Positions 1-10,326 of a stretch of 64,000 nucleotides of DNA are shown here, one piece after another; the stretch's first letter is position 1, and the number at the start of each line of letters is the position of its first letter. A program made the translations under genes and the position numbers. The notes under the pieces are model-generated. The model was not told where the DNA came from. It saw nothing but the letters and a program-made list of their open reading frames with translations, and ran no database searches. Source of the stretch: Candidatus Limnocylindrales bacterium (GTDB lineage: Bacteria; Acidobacteriota; Terriglobia; Acidiferrales; UBA7541); NCBI GenBank assembly GCA_035501415.1, contig DATJWH010000011.1, forward strand, positions 16,421-80,420, in the 5' to 3' direction.

Positions 1-876
1 TGCTACATGTGTCCGGGAAACACGCGGGCCAGCGGCGCTAAGAATCCGGATTACAAGGATGTGCTTGTCTTCGACAACGATTTTCCGGCGGTGCGGATCG
101 ACACGCTGGATGGCGCGATGGAGGACGGCCTGTTGGTGGCGCGGGCGGAATCGGGAATCTGCCGCGTGGCGTGCTTTTCGCCGCGGCACGATTTGACGCT
201 GTCGCAGATGGAGGTGCCCGCGATACACAGAGTGGTGGACGTTTGGGCGAGCCAGTCGCAGGAACTGGGGGCGCGAAAGGAAATCCGGCACGTGCAGATT
301 TTCGAGAATCGCGGCGCCATGATGGGATGCAGCAACCCTCATCCGCATTGCCAGATTTGGGCGACCTCGAGCGTGCCGAATGAGCCCGCGAAGGAACTCG
401 AGGGCTTTGCGGGGCACCAGCGCGCGAAGAACACGTGTCTGCTCTGCGACTACCGCAAGCAGGAGGAAGCGGCGGGCGAACGTCTTGTGTGTGGAAACGA
501 GTTTTTCCTAGCTGTAGTTCCGTTTTGGGCCGTGTGGCCTTTTGAAACGCTGGTAATGCCAAAGCGGCATGTGGGATCGCTGGCCGATTTATCGAGTGAG
601 GAGCGCGAGGGGCTGGCAAGCTTGCTGAAGCGGCTCACAACGCGTTACGACAATCTTTTTGGAGTGCCGTTTCCGTATTCGATGGGGTTTCATCAGAGCC
701 CTACGGACAAAGTTGCCCATCCGGAATGGCACTTGCATGGGCATTACTACCCGCCGCTGCTGCGGTCGGCGACGATTCGGAAATTCATGGTGGGATTTGA
801 GATGCTGGGAAGCCCGCAGCGCGATTTGACGGCGGAGCAAGCCGCCGAAAGGCTGCGGGCGAGCCAGGAACGGTAA
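1..876 (+). CDS. galT: galactose-1-phosphate uridylyltransferase, 5' end cut by window edge
   Basis: Frame 1 is open from nt 1 (CYMCPGNTR precedes the first Met). Catalytic His-Pro-His motif [11 protein letters not shown] is present. Followed directly by galE. Confidence 0.9.
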   Translation, partial: CYMCPGNTRASGAKNPDYKDVLVFDNDFPAVRIDTLDGAMEDGLLVARAESGICRVACFSPRHDLTLSQMEVPAIHRVVDVWASQSQELGARKEIRHVQIFENRGAMMGCSNPHPHCQIWATSSVPNEPAKELEGFAGHQRAKNTCLLCDYRKQEEAAGERLVCGNEFFLAVVPFWAVWPFETLVMPKRHVGSLADLSSEEREGLASLLKRLTTRYDNLFGVPFPYSMGFHQSPTDKVAHPEWHLHGHYYPPLLRSATIRKFMVGFEMLGSPQRDLTAEQAAERLRASQER

Positions 877-896
877 GGGGGAGGCAAAGGCAGAGC

Positions 897-1880
897 ATGT
901 CGATACTCGTGACGGGCGGCGCTGGATACATCGGCAGCGTGACGGTAGAACTGCTGCGCAAGAGAGGCGAGAAGGTAGTGGTGCTCGACGACGTGGCGCG
1001 CGGACATCGCGAAGCGCTCGAGCGGGACGTGCCGTTTTACAAGGGGAATGTGGGCGACCAGGCGCTGATTGCGAAAATCATGTCCGAGCACGAAATCGAG
1101 TCGTGCATTCACTTCGCGGCGCTGACATATGTCGGCGAATCCGTCGAGAAGCCCGCGATGTATTTCGAGAACAACGTGCAGCAGGGAATCGAGTTCATCG
1201 GGACGCTGGAGCGCGCTGGAATGCGGCGGATCGTTTTCTCATCGACGGCAGCAACGTACGGCGAGCCCAAGCGCATACCGATTCTGGAGAGCGATTCTCA
1301 GTGGCCGGAGAATCCGTATGGCTGGTCAAAGCTGCTGATGGAGCGGCTATTGAACGCATACGACCGAGCATACGGAACGAAGTTCGTGGCGCTGCGCTAT
1401 TTCAACGCGGCCGGAGCGACGGAGCGGTGCGGCGAGGATCACGATCCGGAGCCGCACCTGATTCCCAACATTCTCGCGGCTGCGGCCGGAGAGAAGAAAG
1501 AGATCGCCGTCTTCGGAAACTGCTATCCGACGCCGGACGGGACGGCGATTCGCGATTACGTGCACGTGACCGATTTGGCTGACGCGCACATTCTGGCGCT
1601 CGAACACCTGCGGCGTGGCGGCACGTCGGACTTTATGAACCTGGGAACAGGAGAGGGCCACTCGGTAATGGAAGTGATCGAAGCGGCGCGGAAGGTTACC
1701 GGTAGGGCGATTCCGACGCGAATCGAAGCTCCGCGCCCGGGCGATCCGGCGCGATTAGTGGCCGACCCGACGAGGGCGAAGAATGTTCTGAAGTGGAAGC
1801 CAGAAGCGGACCTCGAAGAAATCATCCGGTCGGCGTGGGAGTGGAAGCAACGGCATCCTCGGGGCTACGCAGCCTCCTGA
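897..1880 (+). CDS. galE: UDP-glucose 4-epimerase
   Basis: N-terminal Rossmann motif [12 protein letters not shown], catalytic YGWSK (YxxxK), 327 aa, adjacent to galT. Confidence 0.9.
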   Translation: MSILVTGGAGYIGSVTVELLRKRGEKVVVLDDVARGHREALERDVPFYKGNVGDQALIAKIMSEHEIESCIHFAALTYVGESVEKPAMYFENNVQQGIEFIGTLERAGMRRIVFSSTAATYGEPKRIPILESDSQWPENPYGWSKLLMERLLNAYDRAYGTKFVALRYFNAAGATERCGEDHDPEPHLIPNILAAAAGEKKEIAVFGNCYPTPDGTAIRDYVHVTDLADAHILALEHLRRGGTSDFMNLGTGEGHSVMEVIEAARKVTGRAIPTRIEAPRPGDPARLVADPTRAKNVLKWKPEADLEEIIRSAWEWKQRHPRGYAAS

Positions 1881-1927
1881 CGGACAACTGAGTTGCCTCG
1901 CAGTTGCCTCGCGCTCAGCCTGGTCCA

Positions 1928-1964
1928 CAAAGAAAAGAGCCCCGGCATGAACGGACCGGGGCTC
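1928..1964 (-). terminator. intrinsic terminator candidate for the 1984..2604 gene; also sits downstream of convergent galE
   Basis: 9-bp perfect stem GAGCCCCGG / CCGGGGCTC (1937-1945 / 1956-1964) with a 10-nt loop. On the minus strand it is followed by TTTTCTT. Confidence 0.55.
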
Positions 1965-1983
1965 CTGCGTGTTGGGGGAGGAA

Positions 1984-2604
1984 CTAGCGGACGCGCGCGT
2001 TGTGCTTCTTCGCGTAGATGTTGCGAGACGCTTTGTTCTGTTGCTGATTCACGGCGCGCTTATCGGCCTTCGTCAGCTTGCCACCGTTGGCTTGACGCAT
2101 GCCGCTCACTTCACGGTTGATACCCTGCTGCTGGTTTTCCAGCTTTGCAGTTTCACCGGGCCTAAGTTGGCCGCTCTTGACGCCCTGCGCGATGCGATCC
2201 TGCTGATTCTCGCGGCGCTGCCCGACTTCGTTGTTGCCATAGTGGGCGGTGTTGGCGTTGTGCTTGTCGTCATAAATCTTGTTGGAGAGCTTGTTCTGCT
2301 GGTTGTTGAGCTTGGCGCGATCGGCGGCGGTCAGATGGCCGTCGTCCTCGGAGCGCATCGTGTGCTCTTCCTTATTCATGCCTGCTTCCTTGGTTTCGAG
2401 ATTCTTCGTCTCGCCGGCGTTGAGCTGCCCGCTCTGAATGCCCTGGGAAATTCGCTCCTGCTGATTGTCTTTCCGCTGAGCAACCGTGGCCGGCTTATCC
2501 GGAGTTGCAGTTTGCGTAGTGCTGGGCTGCGACTGCGCCTTTGCTGACGGGACGCAAAGAGCTATTAGGGCCGCCGCACTCAAAATAAGTTCGCGTTTTC
2601 TCAT
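1984..2604 (-). CDS. secreted protein made of two ~78-aa tandem repeats, function unknown
   Basis: Signal peptide MRKRELILSAAALIALCVPSAKAQ. Repeat unit QR-x-NQQ-x-RI-x-QG-x-SGQL-x-GET...LT-x-AD...QQNK-x-S-x-IY-x-KHNA occurs twice. Confidence 0.6.
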   Translation of the reverse strand: MRKRELILSAAALIALCVPSAKAQSQPSTTQTATPDKPATVAQRKDNQQERISQGIQSGQLNAGETKNLETKEAGMNKEEHTMRSEDDGHLTAADRAKLNNQQNKLSNKIYDDKHNANTAHYGNNEVGQRRENQQDRIAQGVKSGQLRPGETAKLENQQQGINREVSGMRQANGGKLTKADKRAVNQQQNKASRNIYAKKHNARVR

Positions 2605-2807
2605 GAGCGTTTTCCTCTCGTTCTATTTCAAGTGTCAGCCCCCTAAGCTGGTGCGGAGGCCGTTCTGAAGGTGAAACACGGGGCGAGCGGAAGAGTTGCG
2701 AGGCGCGGGGAGATCGAGATGAGGTACGGCTCTAAACTATAGAGCCATAAGGACTTACTCGGCCTGGCCGATAGGACCCCGGCAAGACAAATCCGGGATG
2801 GGGAAAG

Positions 2808-4976
2808 TCAGGCTTTGGGAAGGCCGTTTGGGACCATGGGCATCGAGCGCAGGCGCACGCCGGCCGCGTCGAAGATGGCGTTGCCAATGGCCGGTGCGAT
2901 GCCCATCAGCGGCGATTCGCCGGCTCCGGCGGATGGGATGTCCTTGCGATCGAGCAGCACCGTTTCGAATGCGGGGATCTCGCTGAAGCGCGGAACGCGA
3001 TATTTCGCGAAGTGCGGATTCAGAATTTTTCCGTTTTCGAATTCGATGGACTCGAAGAGCGCTCCGCCCAGACCCATGATGTTGCCGCCTTCGATCTGAT
3101 TGCAAAGATTATCAGGATTCACGATGGCGCCGCATTCGAAGGCGGTGACGACACGCAGCACGCGCACATCGCCGGAGGCAGGGTCAGCGCTAACTTCCGC
3201 AAATGTGGCCACGTTGCCGCCCTTTTCGAATCCTCCGCCCATGCCGAAGCCGTGGCCCGGAGTCTTCGTGCGGCCCCAACCGAATTTCTTTGCCGCAGCC
3301 TCGAAGACTGCCCGCAGGCGGTCGTTCTTCAGATTCTTCAGCCGAAATTCGAGGGGATCCATTTTCACTTCGTGAGCGAGTTCGTCCATGAACGATTCGC
3401 GAGCGAAATGGTTGGCGGTGGCTGCGAGCGCTCGGTACGAACCTTGACGGAGCGGATAATCGGTTGCATGAAACTGAATGCGCTGATTGGGAACCTCGTA
3501 GAAGGTGCGAATACCTGAGCCCCCGGAATTGTAATTGTGGAATTCCCAAGCGGTGAGTGTGCCGTCGTTGCGGACGCCGGCGCTGACGTCCATCACGCCA
3601 ACCGGGCGGAAGTAAGCCCAGGTGAATTCTTCTTCCCGCGTCCAGACGAGCTTGACGGGTCGATTCGCGGCACGAGCGAGGCGAGCAGCCTCGACGGCGA
3701 CTTCACCGGTGTGCTTGCCGCCATATGCAGCACCCGTATCGGGCATCAGGACGCGGACGTTTTCCTCGGGAATGTGAAAAGCTTGTGCTAGTTCGCTGCG
3801 AACGCCGAAGGGCCGCTGCGTTCCGGTCCATACGGTGAGCGAGTCAGCGGACCATTGAGCGAGCGCGGCGCGAGGCTCCAGTGGAGCGTGAGCGATGTAC
3901 GCGACGGTATAGGTCTGATGCAAGCGGTGATCGGCTGCGCTGAGACCGCTTTCGATCGAGCCGACTTCAAAGGGAGTTTCGCCGCGTTCGCCCTCCGCGG
4001 GATGCGTCTTCAGGTAGTCGTAGATGTTCTTGCTGGACGGCTGATCAGGACCAGGCTTCCATTCGGCGCGAATCGATGCGAGCGCGCGGGATGCAGCTTC
4101 GGGCGAGAGCGCGGCCGCGCCGACGAAGTCTCCATCGTGAACGAAGGTGACATCGGTCATCGACGCCGCGTCGGGAGGAACCAGCGATGTAAGCGTGGCA
4201 CCGAACGAGGGAGCGCGCAGCACTTTGCCGTGGAGCATGCCAGTAAGTTTTTGATCGGAAGGGTACTTGTGCCTGCCCGTGACGAAATCGCGACCGTCGA
4301 TCTTTGAGATGGGCTGGCCTTCGATTTTCCAGTCCGTGGCGGGGGCGAGCGGATCCTGGGCGGGAATCAATTCGGTGAGCTGCTGATTCTTGACGAGCGC
4401 AGCGTATTCAACGTGTTGTTTGGTGGAGGGATCGCTGATCTCGCCGTCTGCGGCGACGAGGGCCTCCGGCTTCGTGTTCCATTGCTGCGCGGCGAGGCCG
4501 AGGAGCACGTCGCGTGCAGCCGCCGCAACCTGGCGCAAGTGAAGATTCATCGTCGGAGTAGTGCGGCTGCCGAACGTTCCCATGTCGTAAGGCGTAAGCT
4601 TCGTATCGCCCATCACCAGCTCGATCTTTTCGATCGGGAAGTGAAGTTCTTCCGCGACGGCCTGGCTGAGCGATGTGCGGATGTTCTGGCCAACTTCGAC
4701 TTTTCCTGTGTAAACCGTGACGATGCCGTTATCGCCGATGTGAAGCCAGGCGCTGATTTCACGAGGCAGAGATTCTTCGCTTCGACGACCGCGGCCCGAT
4801 TCCTGAGATGCGACGGCGTCTTTCAGCAAGCACGCGACGAGCAGACCGGCGCCAAGAAGCTTGAAGAAGTCGCGGCGCTGCAATACGAAATGATAGGTGG
4901 CGGGAGAGCGAAGCTCGTAGCGTTCCACTTCGATTTCGGGAGCGGCTGTCTCGGGCGGCAAGGGATGTTCGTTCAT
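2808..4976 (-). CDS. molybdopterin-binding oxidoreductase large subunit (xanthine dehydrogenase / IorB family), Tat-exported
   Basis: Start placed at MNEHPL (ATG 4976), which overlaps the stop of the upstream 2Fe-2S gene by ATGA. Twin-arginine motif QRRDFFKLLGAGLL. Long aldehyde-oxidase/XDH-like body. The track ORF extension to 5309 is an Arg/His-rich out-of-context read across the upstream gene. Confidence 0.8.
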   Translation of the reverse strand: MNEHPLPPETAAPEIEVERYELRSPATYHFVLQRRDFFKLLGAGLLVACLLKDAVASQESGRGRRSEESLPREISAWLHIGDNGIVTVYTGKVEVGQNIRTSLSQAVAEELHFPIEKIELVMGDTKLTPYDMGTFGSRTTPTMNLHLRQVAAAARDVLLGLAAQQWNTKPEALVAADGEISDPSTKQHVEYAALVKNQQLTELIPAQDPLAPATDWKIEGQPISKIDGRDFVTGRHKYPSDQKLTGMLHGKVLRAPSFGATLTSLVPPDAASMTDVTFVHDGDFVGAAALSPEAASRALASIRAEWKPGPDQPSSKNIYDYLKTHPAEGERGETPFEVGSIESGLSAADHRLHQTYTVAYIAHAPLEPRAALAQWSADSLTVWTGTQRPFGVRSELAQAFHIPEENVRVLMPDTGAAYGGKHTGEVAVEAARLARAANRPVKLVWTREEEFTWAYFRPVGVMDVSAGVRNDGTLTAWEFHNYNSGGSGIRTFYEVPNQRIQFHATDYPLRQGSYRALAATANHFARESFMDELAHEVKMDPLEFRLKNLKNDRLRAVFEAAAKKFGWGRTKTPGHGFGMGGGFEKGGNVATFAEVSADPASGDVRVLRVVTAFECGAIVNPDNLCNQIEGGNIMGLGGALFESIEFENGKILNPHFAKYRVPRFSEIPAFETVLLDRKDIPSAGAGESPLMGIAPAIGNAIFDAAGVRLRSMPMVPNGLPKA

Positions 4977-5443
4977 CGGGCTTCCTCCCGCGAGGCTTTC
5001 AGCACGGCCGCGACGATACGCGGGTGAGTGCCGCAGCGGCAGACATTCCCCTGCATGTATTGCGAGACTTCCTCGGGCGTCGGCCGCGGATTCGACTTCA
5101 GCATGGCGACGGCTGTCATGATCATCCCCGAGGTGCAATAGGCGCACTGCATCGCGCCTTCGTCGAGAAATGCGGCCTGCACCGGATGGAGGCGGCCGTT
5201 CTTCTCGAGGCCTTCGATGGTGGTGATTTGCCTTTTTCCTACGGAACTGACGGGCGTCACGCAAGAATGGCGGGGATTGCCGTCGATGAGGACGGTGCAA
5301 GCGCCGCATTGGCCCTCGCCGCAGCCGTACTTGCTGCCGGTCAGATCGAGCTGATCGCGCAGGACGGAAAGCAGGCTGGTCTGCGGATCGGTATCGACGG
5401 AATAGGACGTGCCGTTGATGCGCAATTGGAAGGTCTCAGACAT
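4973..5443 (-). CDS. (2Fe-2S)-binding small subunit of the oxidoreductase (IorA-like)
   Basis: Start at MSETFQLRINGT (ATG 5443). Cys clusters CGEGQCGACTV and CAYCTSG...CRCG are typical of XDH-family [2Fe-2S] subunits. 4-nt ATGA coupling to the large subunit. Confidence 0.85.
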   Translation of the reverse strand: MSETFQLRINGTSYSVDTDPQTSLLSVLRDQLDLTGSKYGCGEGQCGACTVLIDGNPRHSCVTPVSSVGKRQITTIEGLEKNGRLHPVQAAFLDEGAMQCAYCTSGMIMTAVAMLKSNPRPTPEEVSQYMQGNVCRCGTHPRIVAAVLKASREEAR

Positions 5444-5707
5444 GGGATCGCCTCGGAAAGCGCCGATTCGGAAGGGCATTGCCGTACCGAAGAGACATAT
5501 TTCACTGCCCTCGTCTACTAGGCTACATCCGGATGAGGGCGCGAGCATAGAGCTTTTGAGGCTTTGGCTGAAGGAGCGCGGACGGAGCCGTTCGGCATCA
5601 CAATTCGTGATAACCGCCATCGGGAAATTGGATTAGGATGTTCGGGCGACTGATGTAAAGTACCCGGTTTTTGAGTCTGAGAGTACCGACGGAGATCGAA
5701 AGCCAGT

Positions 5708-7168
5708 ATGAATAAGAGACTGATCCCGCGGTTGTTGCTTCTTCTTCTGTTTGTTTACCTCGCTCCGGTCCGAGCGCTTCCCGCACAGTCATCGGGAATG
5801 AGCCCTGCGCTCGATTCATCGGCAGTTCCTAGCCCGAGCCAGGAGAGTCACGACGCGCGGGTAACTGTGCTCGAATTGCAGGTCGCGGATGCGAAGAGTT
5901 CCGCCGACAACGCCTGGATGCTGGTGAGTTCAGCGCTTGTGCTGTTGATGACGGGGCCGGGTCTCGCGCTCTTTTACGGCGGACTCGTGCGGAAGAAGAA
6001 TGTGCTCGGAACGATGATGCAGAGCTTCGCGATGATGGGCATCATCACGGTGGTGTGGGCGATCGTCGGTTACAGCCTCGCGTTTGGCTCCGGGCATAGC
6101 TTTATCGGCGGATTCCACAATCTTTTCCTCAGAGGTGTTGGCCTCGCGCCCGATGGTGATTACGCCGCGACGATTCCTGCGGAAACATTCATGGTGTATC
6201 AGTTGATGTTCGCAATCATCACGCCCGCGCTGATTACGGGCGCGTTCGCGGAGAGAATGAAATTCAGCGCGATGCTGCTTTTCCTGACGCTCTGGTCGCT
6301 TTTCGTGTACGACCCGATGGCGCACATGGTCTGGGGCAAGGGCGGCTTGTTGAACGCGTCGCTTGGCGGCGCATTCCCGACACTCGATTTCGCAGGCGGA
6401 ACCGTCGTGCATGTCACCTCGGGAGTTTCGGCGCTGGTCTGCGCTCTCTATTTGGGCAAGAGAGTGGGATACCCAAAGAAGCCCATGCCGCCGCACAGCG
6501 TTGTTCTGAGTTTCATCGGCGCTTGCTTGCTGTGGGTGGGCTGGTTTGGATTCAACGCCGGAAGCGCGCTTGGTTCCGGCGGACTCGCGACTAGCGCATT
6601 TGTAGCGACGCACTTCGGTGCGGCCGCGGCGGCGATCGGATGGAGCGTCGCGGAGTGGATGCGCAACGGCAAGCCCAGCGCCCTCGGCGCTATATCCGGA
6701 TGTGTAGCCGGCTTGGTGGCCATCACGCCGGCTGCGGGATTTGTGACGCCGATGTCCGCATTGATTATCGGCTTGATCGCGGGCGCCTTCTGTTTCTGGA
6801 TGGTCACTGCGGTGAAATCGCGATTCGGATATGACGATTCGCTCGACGCGTTCGGTGTGCATGGCGCCGGAGGGACAATCGGAGCTTTGCTGACGGGCAT
6901 TTTCGCGTCGAGCCTCATCAATCCGATCTTCAAAGACACGAAGGGCAAGGTGCTTCCTTCGGGGCTGCTGGAGGGTAATGCACATCAGTTGGTGAATCAG
7001 TGCGTGGGCATTGCGATCGCATGGGTGCTCGCGATCGTGGGCACGCTCGTTCTGCTCTTCGTGGTTGACAAGGTCGTCGGCCTCCGTGTATCCGAAGAGC
7101 ATGAAGCGCAAGGGCTCGACCTCTCGCAACATGGCGAAGAGGGCTATTATTGGGAAACGCCCGCTTGA
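5708..7168 (+). CDS. amtB: ammonium transporter with signal peptide and N-terminal extension
   Basis: Multi-TM Amt/MEP-type sequence (AWMLVSSALVLLMTGPGLALFYGG, DFAGGTVVH, FGVHGAGG). Followed by glnK. Confidence 0.9.
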   Translation: MNKRLIPRLLLLLLFVYLAPVRALPAQSSGMSPALDSSAVPSPSQESHDARVTVLELQVADAKSSADNAWMLVSSALVLLMTGPGLALFYGGLVRKKNVLGTMMQSFAMMGIITVVWAIVGYSLAFGSGHSFIGGFHNLFLRGVGLAPDGDYAATIPAETFMVYQLMFAIITPALITGAFAERMKFSAMLLFLTLWSLFVYDPMAHMVWGKGGLLNASLGGAFPTLDFAGGTVVHVTSGVSALVCALYLGKRVGYPKKPMPPHSVVLSFIGACLLWVGWFGFNAGSALGSGGLATSAFVATHFGAAAAAIGWSVAEWMRNGKPSALGAISGCVAGLVAITPAAGFVTPMSALIIGLIAGAFCFWMVTAVKSRFGYDDSLDAFGVHGAGGTIGALLTGIFASSLINPIFKDTKGKVLPSGLLEGNAHQLVNQCVGIAIAWVLAIVGTLVLLFVVDKVVGLRVSEEHEAQGLDLSQHGEEGYYWETPA

Positions 7169-7197
7169 GGCTGCACTGTTCCGCGCAACCTCGTTAG

Positions 7198-7563
<366 letters not shown>

Positions 7564-7638
7564 CCATTCCTTCTTCCGGGGCGCCCCGCTAAGTGCGCCC
7601 AAATCTGAGCGGAACGTCACAGACGAAACGGCGCCTCG

Positions 7639-10227
7639 ATGAACGTGTCTCTAAGCCGTGAGTTGCGCGACCTCTACACTCAGGAATCACTGCGCATCCG
7701 TGAAAAGTTTCTTGCAGACGGGAACGGACGCGACGCGCTGGTGAGCCGCACCGCGCTGGTGGAGTCGATTGCACAGCGTCTGTGGAAAGATCTGATATCG
7801 GTCGACTTAAAGGGCCCGCGGGATTTCGCGCTCGTGGCGCTCGGCGGATTCGGCAGGCGCTGGCTTTTCCCCTATTCCGATGTCGACCTGCTGTTCCTCC
7901 ACGCGACCAGCGATACCGAGAGGGAGCTGAAGGATCGCATCGGGCAATTTTCACAAGAGATGTGGGATCTGCGTTTGCGGTTGAGCCCGGCGACGCGAAC
8001 TCTGGCCGAGTGCGACCACTTCGATCCCAACAATGCCGAGTTTTCGATTTCGCTCTTGGATTGCCGTTATCTGGCGGGCGATCCGGAAACATTTGCCCGA
8101 TTGCACGAGACTTTGCTTCCGAAGCTTATTGTGAGGCAGTCGCGGGTGATGCGGCAAAGCCTCGCGGATCTCGCCCGCGCGCGATACTCGAAGTTTGGCG
8201 ACACCGTTTTCCATCTGGAGCCCAACGTAAAGGACGGGCCTGGCGGACTCCGCGACTACAACCTGGTCTCCTGGCTCGAGTTGATCTCCTGGTTCGAAGC
8301 GCAGCGCGCGTGGCCCGATGGGGCCAGTCTTCTGCCGGCGACGATTCAATCCCAATTTCGACCGGCGCTGGAATTCCTGATCGCGGCGCGTTGCTTCCTG
8401 CATTTTCGCCAGTCGCGCGACGACAACGTCCTTGCCTGGGAGGCGCAGGATGAAGCCGCGTCGCGGCGGATCGGAGCGCCAAACTCCGATTCCCTGACGC
8501 CGGCCGAATGGATGCGCATCTACTTCGGTCATGCGCGCGCCATTCACCGCGTGTGCGTGCGCTGGCTCGACGAAGTTCCATCGGAGCGGCCGTCGTTATA
8601 CCGCCAGTTTCAGCACCTGCGCTCCCGCCTTTCGAACACGGAGTTTTCCGTCGTCGAAGGCCTCGTCTTTCTCCAGGATTCGAGCCCCATTCACGAGCCC
8701 GAACTCATCCTCCGGGCGTTCCGCTTCATCGCGCGACATGGATTGAAGCTGAGTTCGGCGGCGGAACGCCAGATTGAGCTCGCGTTGCCCCTGCTTGCTT
8801 CGCAGCCGCCGACCGGCGTTGAGCTATGGCATTACCTTCAGGAAATTCTTCTGGCCCCGCACGGCGCTGACGCGCTGCGCGAGATGCATTCTCTGCGATT
8901 GCTGACACTAATGATTCCAGAACTTGCCGGAATCGACTCGCTCGTGGTGCGCGATTATTCGCATCGATTTACCGTCGACGAGCACACGTTCGTGGCCATT
9001 GAAAATCTGCACCTGCTGCGCCAGTCGCAATCGAAATGGGACCAACGTTACGCCGAACTGCTCGAGGAGCTGGAGCAGCCCGATCTGCTGTACCTGGCGC
9101 TCTTGCTGCACGATACCGGCAAAGGCACCAAAAACGAAAGCCACGTGCAGGCGAGCGGCGCCATCGCCGAGAAATGCTTTGATCGGCTCGATCTCGACCC
9201 GCCGGATCGCGAGACGGTCTCTCTCCTGATTGCACGCCATCTGGAGATGAGCGCAGCTCTTCGCCGCGACATCTTCGATCCTATGACTGTGCGGCAGTTC
9301 TCAGAAAAGGTGGAAACGCCCGAGCACCTGAAGATGCTTTGCCTCCTGACCTACGCCGACATCAAAGCCGTCAATCCCGAGGCGCTCACTCCGTGGAAGG
9401 CGGAGAACATCTGGCAGCTCTACATTGGCACCGCGAATTATCTGATTCGCACGGTGGACGACCGCTTTCACGCGAACGTCGACGACGAGGTGATGGCACA
9501 CCTTCGCACGCTCGCGCCGGCCGCCGGAAAGAAGCTCGAGGGCTTTCTCGAGGGCCTGCCGCGGCGCTACCTGCGGACTCATGCCGCAAGCGAAATCATC
9601 GGCCACATGGAGATGGCGAGTCATCTTGGTGATGATGCAGTGCAGCTTGGTCTCTCGCGAGGGCGCCACTGGTACGAGCTGACACTGGTGACTCCCGATC
9701 GGCCTCTTCTCTTCGCGACGATGGCAGGCGTCCTGGCCGCCTGGGGAATGAACATCGTGAAGGCCGCCGCCTTTTCGAATCAGGCGGACATCGTGGTCGA
9801 CACCTTCTATTTCACGGACCGCTTTCGAACCTTGGAGCTGAACATTCCCGAATGGGAGCGCTTCAAGTCGAGCATTCACGACGTGCTGACCGGCAAGGCA
9901 GACCTGAACCGCATGCTGCGCGACCGCCTGCGCTCGCACAAGAACGCACCGCCGAAAGTAAAGGTCGAGCCGCAAGTTCAAATCGACGACTCATGCTCGG
10001 CGCAAAGCACGCTGATAGAGGTTCTCGCGCAGGATCAGCCCGGCCTTCTTCACCGCATCAGCTCCACATTTGCCCACGAAAACTGCAACATCGAAATCGC
10101 GCTGATCGAAACGGAAGGGCAGATGGCGATCGACGTTTTCTACCTGACGTCCTCGAGCGCAAAGCTCACCGAAGAGCGGCAGGAGCGCGTTCGCGTGGCA
10201 CTGCTGCGCGAGCTAACCTCGAAATAA
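7639..10227 (+). CDS. glnD: [protein-PII] uridylyltransferase / uridylyl-removing enzyme
   Basis: 862 aa. Nucleotidyltransferase region GGFGRRWLFPYSDVDLLFL, HD domain (LLLHDTGKG), two C-terminal ACT-like segments. Immediately downstream of glnK. Confidence 0.88.
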   Translation: MNVSLSRELRDLYTQESLRIREKFLADGNGRDALVSRTALVESIAQRLWKDLISVDLKGPRDFALVALGGFGRRWLFPYSDVDLLFLHATSDTERELKDRIGQFSQEMWDLRLRLSPATRTLAECDHFDPNNAEFSISLLDCRYLAGDPETFARLHETLLPKLIVRQSRVMRQSLADLARARYSKFGDTVFHLEPNVKDGPGGLRDYNLVSWLELISWFEAQRAWPDGASLLPATIQSQFRPALEFLIAARCFLHFRQSRDDNVLAWEAQDEAASRRIGAPNSDSLTPAEWMRIYFGHARAIHRVCVRWLDEVPSERPSLYRQFQHLRSRLSNTEFSVVEGLVFLQDSSPIHEPELILRAFRFIARHGLKLSSAAERQIELALPLLASQPPTGVELWHYLQEILLAPHGADALREMHSLRLLTLMIPELAGIDSLVVRDYSHRFTVDEHTFVAIENLHLLRQSQSKWDQRYAELLEELEQPDLLYLALLLHDTGKGTKNESHVQASGAIAEKCFDRLDLDPPDRETVSLLIARHLEMSAALRRDIFDPMTVRQFSEKVETPEHLKMLCLLTYADIKAVNPEALTPWKAENIWQLYIGTANYLIRTVDDRFHANVDDEVMAHLRTLAPAAGKKLEGFLEGLPRRYLRTHAASEIIGHMEMASHLGDDAVQLGLSRGRHWYELTLVTPDRPLLFATMAGVLAAWGMNIVKAAAFSNQADIVVDTFYFTDRFRTLELNIPEWERFKSSIHDVLTGKADLNRMLRDRLRSHKNAPPKVKVEPQVQIDDSCSAQSTLIEVLAQDQPGLLHRISSTFAHENCNIEIALIETEGQMAIDVFYLTSSSAKLTEERQERVRVALLRELTSK

Positions 10228-10326
10228 CTCCTCTCAAACAATCGCGTCCTTTTGAGGCCGTAGACATCCAATTTGCCCGTACGAGCGTATTATTATCAGG
10301 CGAAGAAAAATCGTGTGGAGGGAACG

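Noticed and set aside
4977-5309. N-terminal 111-aa extension of the molybdo-oxidoreductase ORF
   Set aside because: The extension overlaps the 2Fe-2S subunit gene in another frame and is Arg/His-rich. The ATG at 4976 gives a Tat signal and the classic ATGA coupling.
5560-5707. Sigma-54 (GG-N10-GC) promoter upstream of amtB
   Set aside because: The closest string, GGCATCACAATTCG, lacks the -12 GC element. No convincing match.
5930-7132. 400-aa minus-strand ORF
   Set aside because: Antisense to amtB, and a highly basic shadow ORF.
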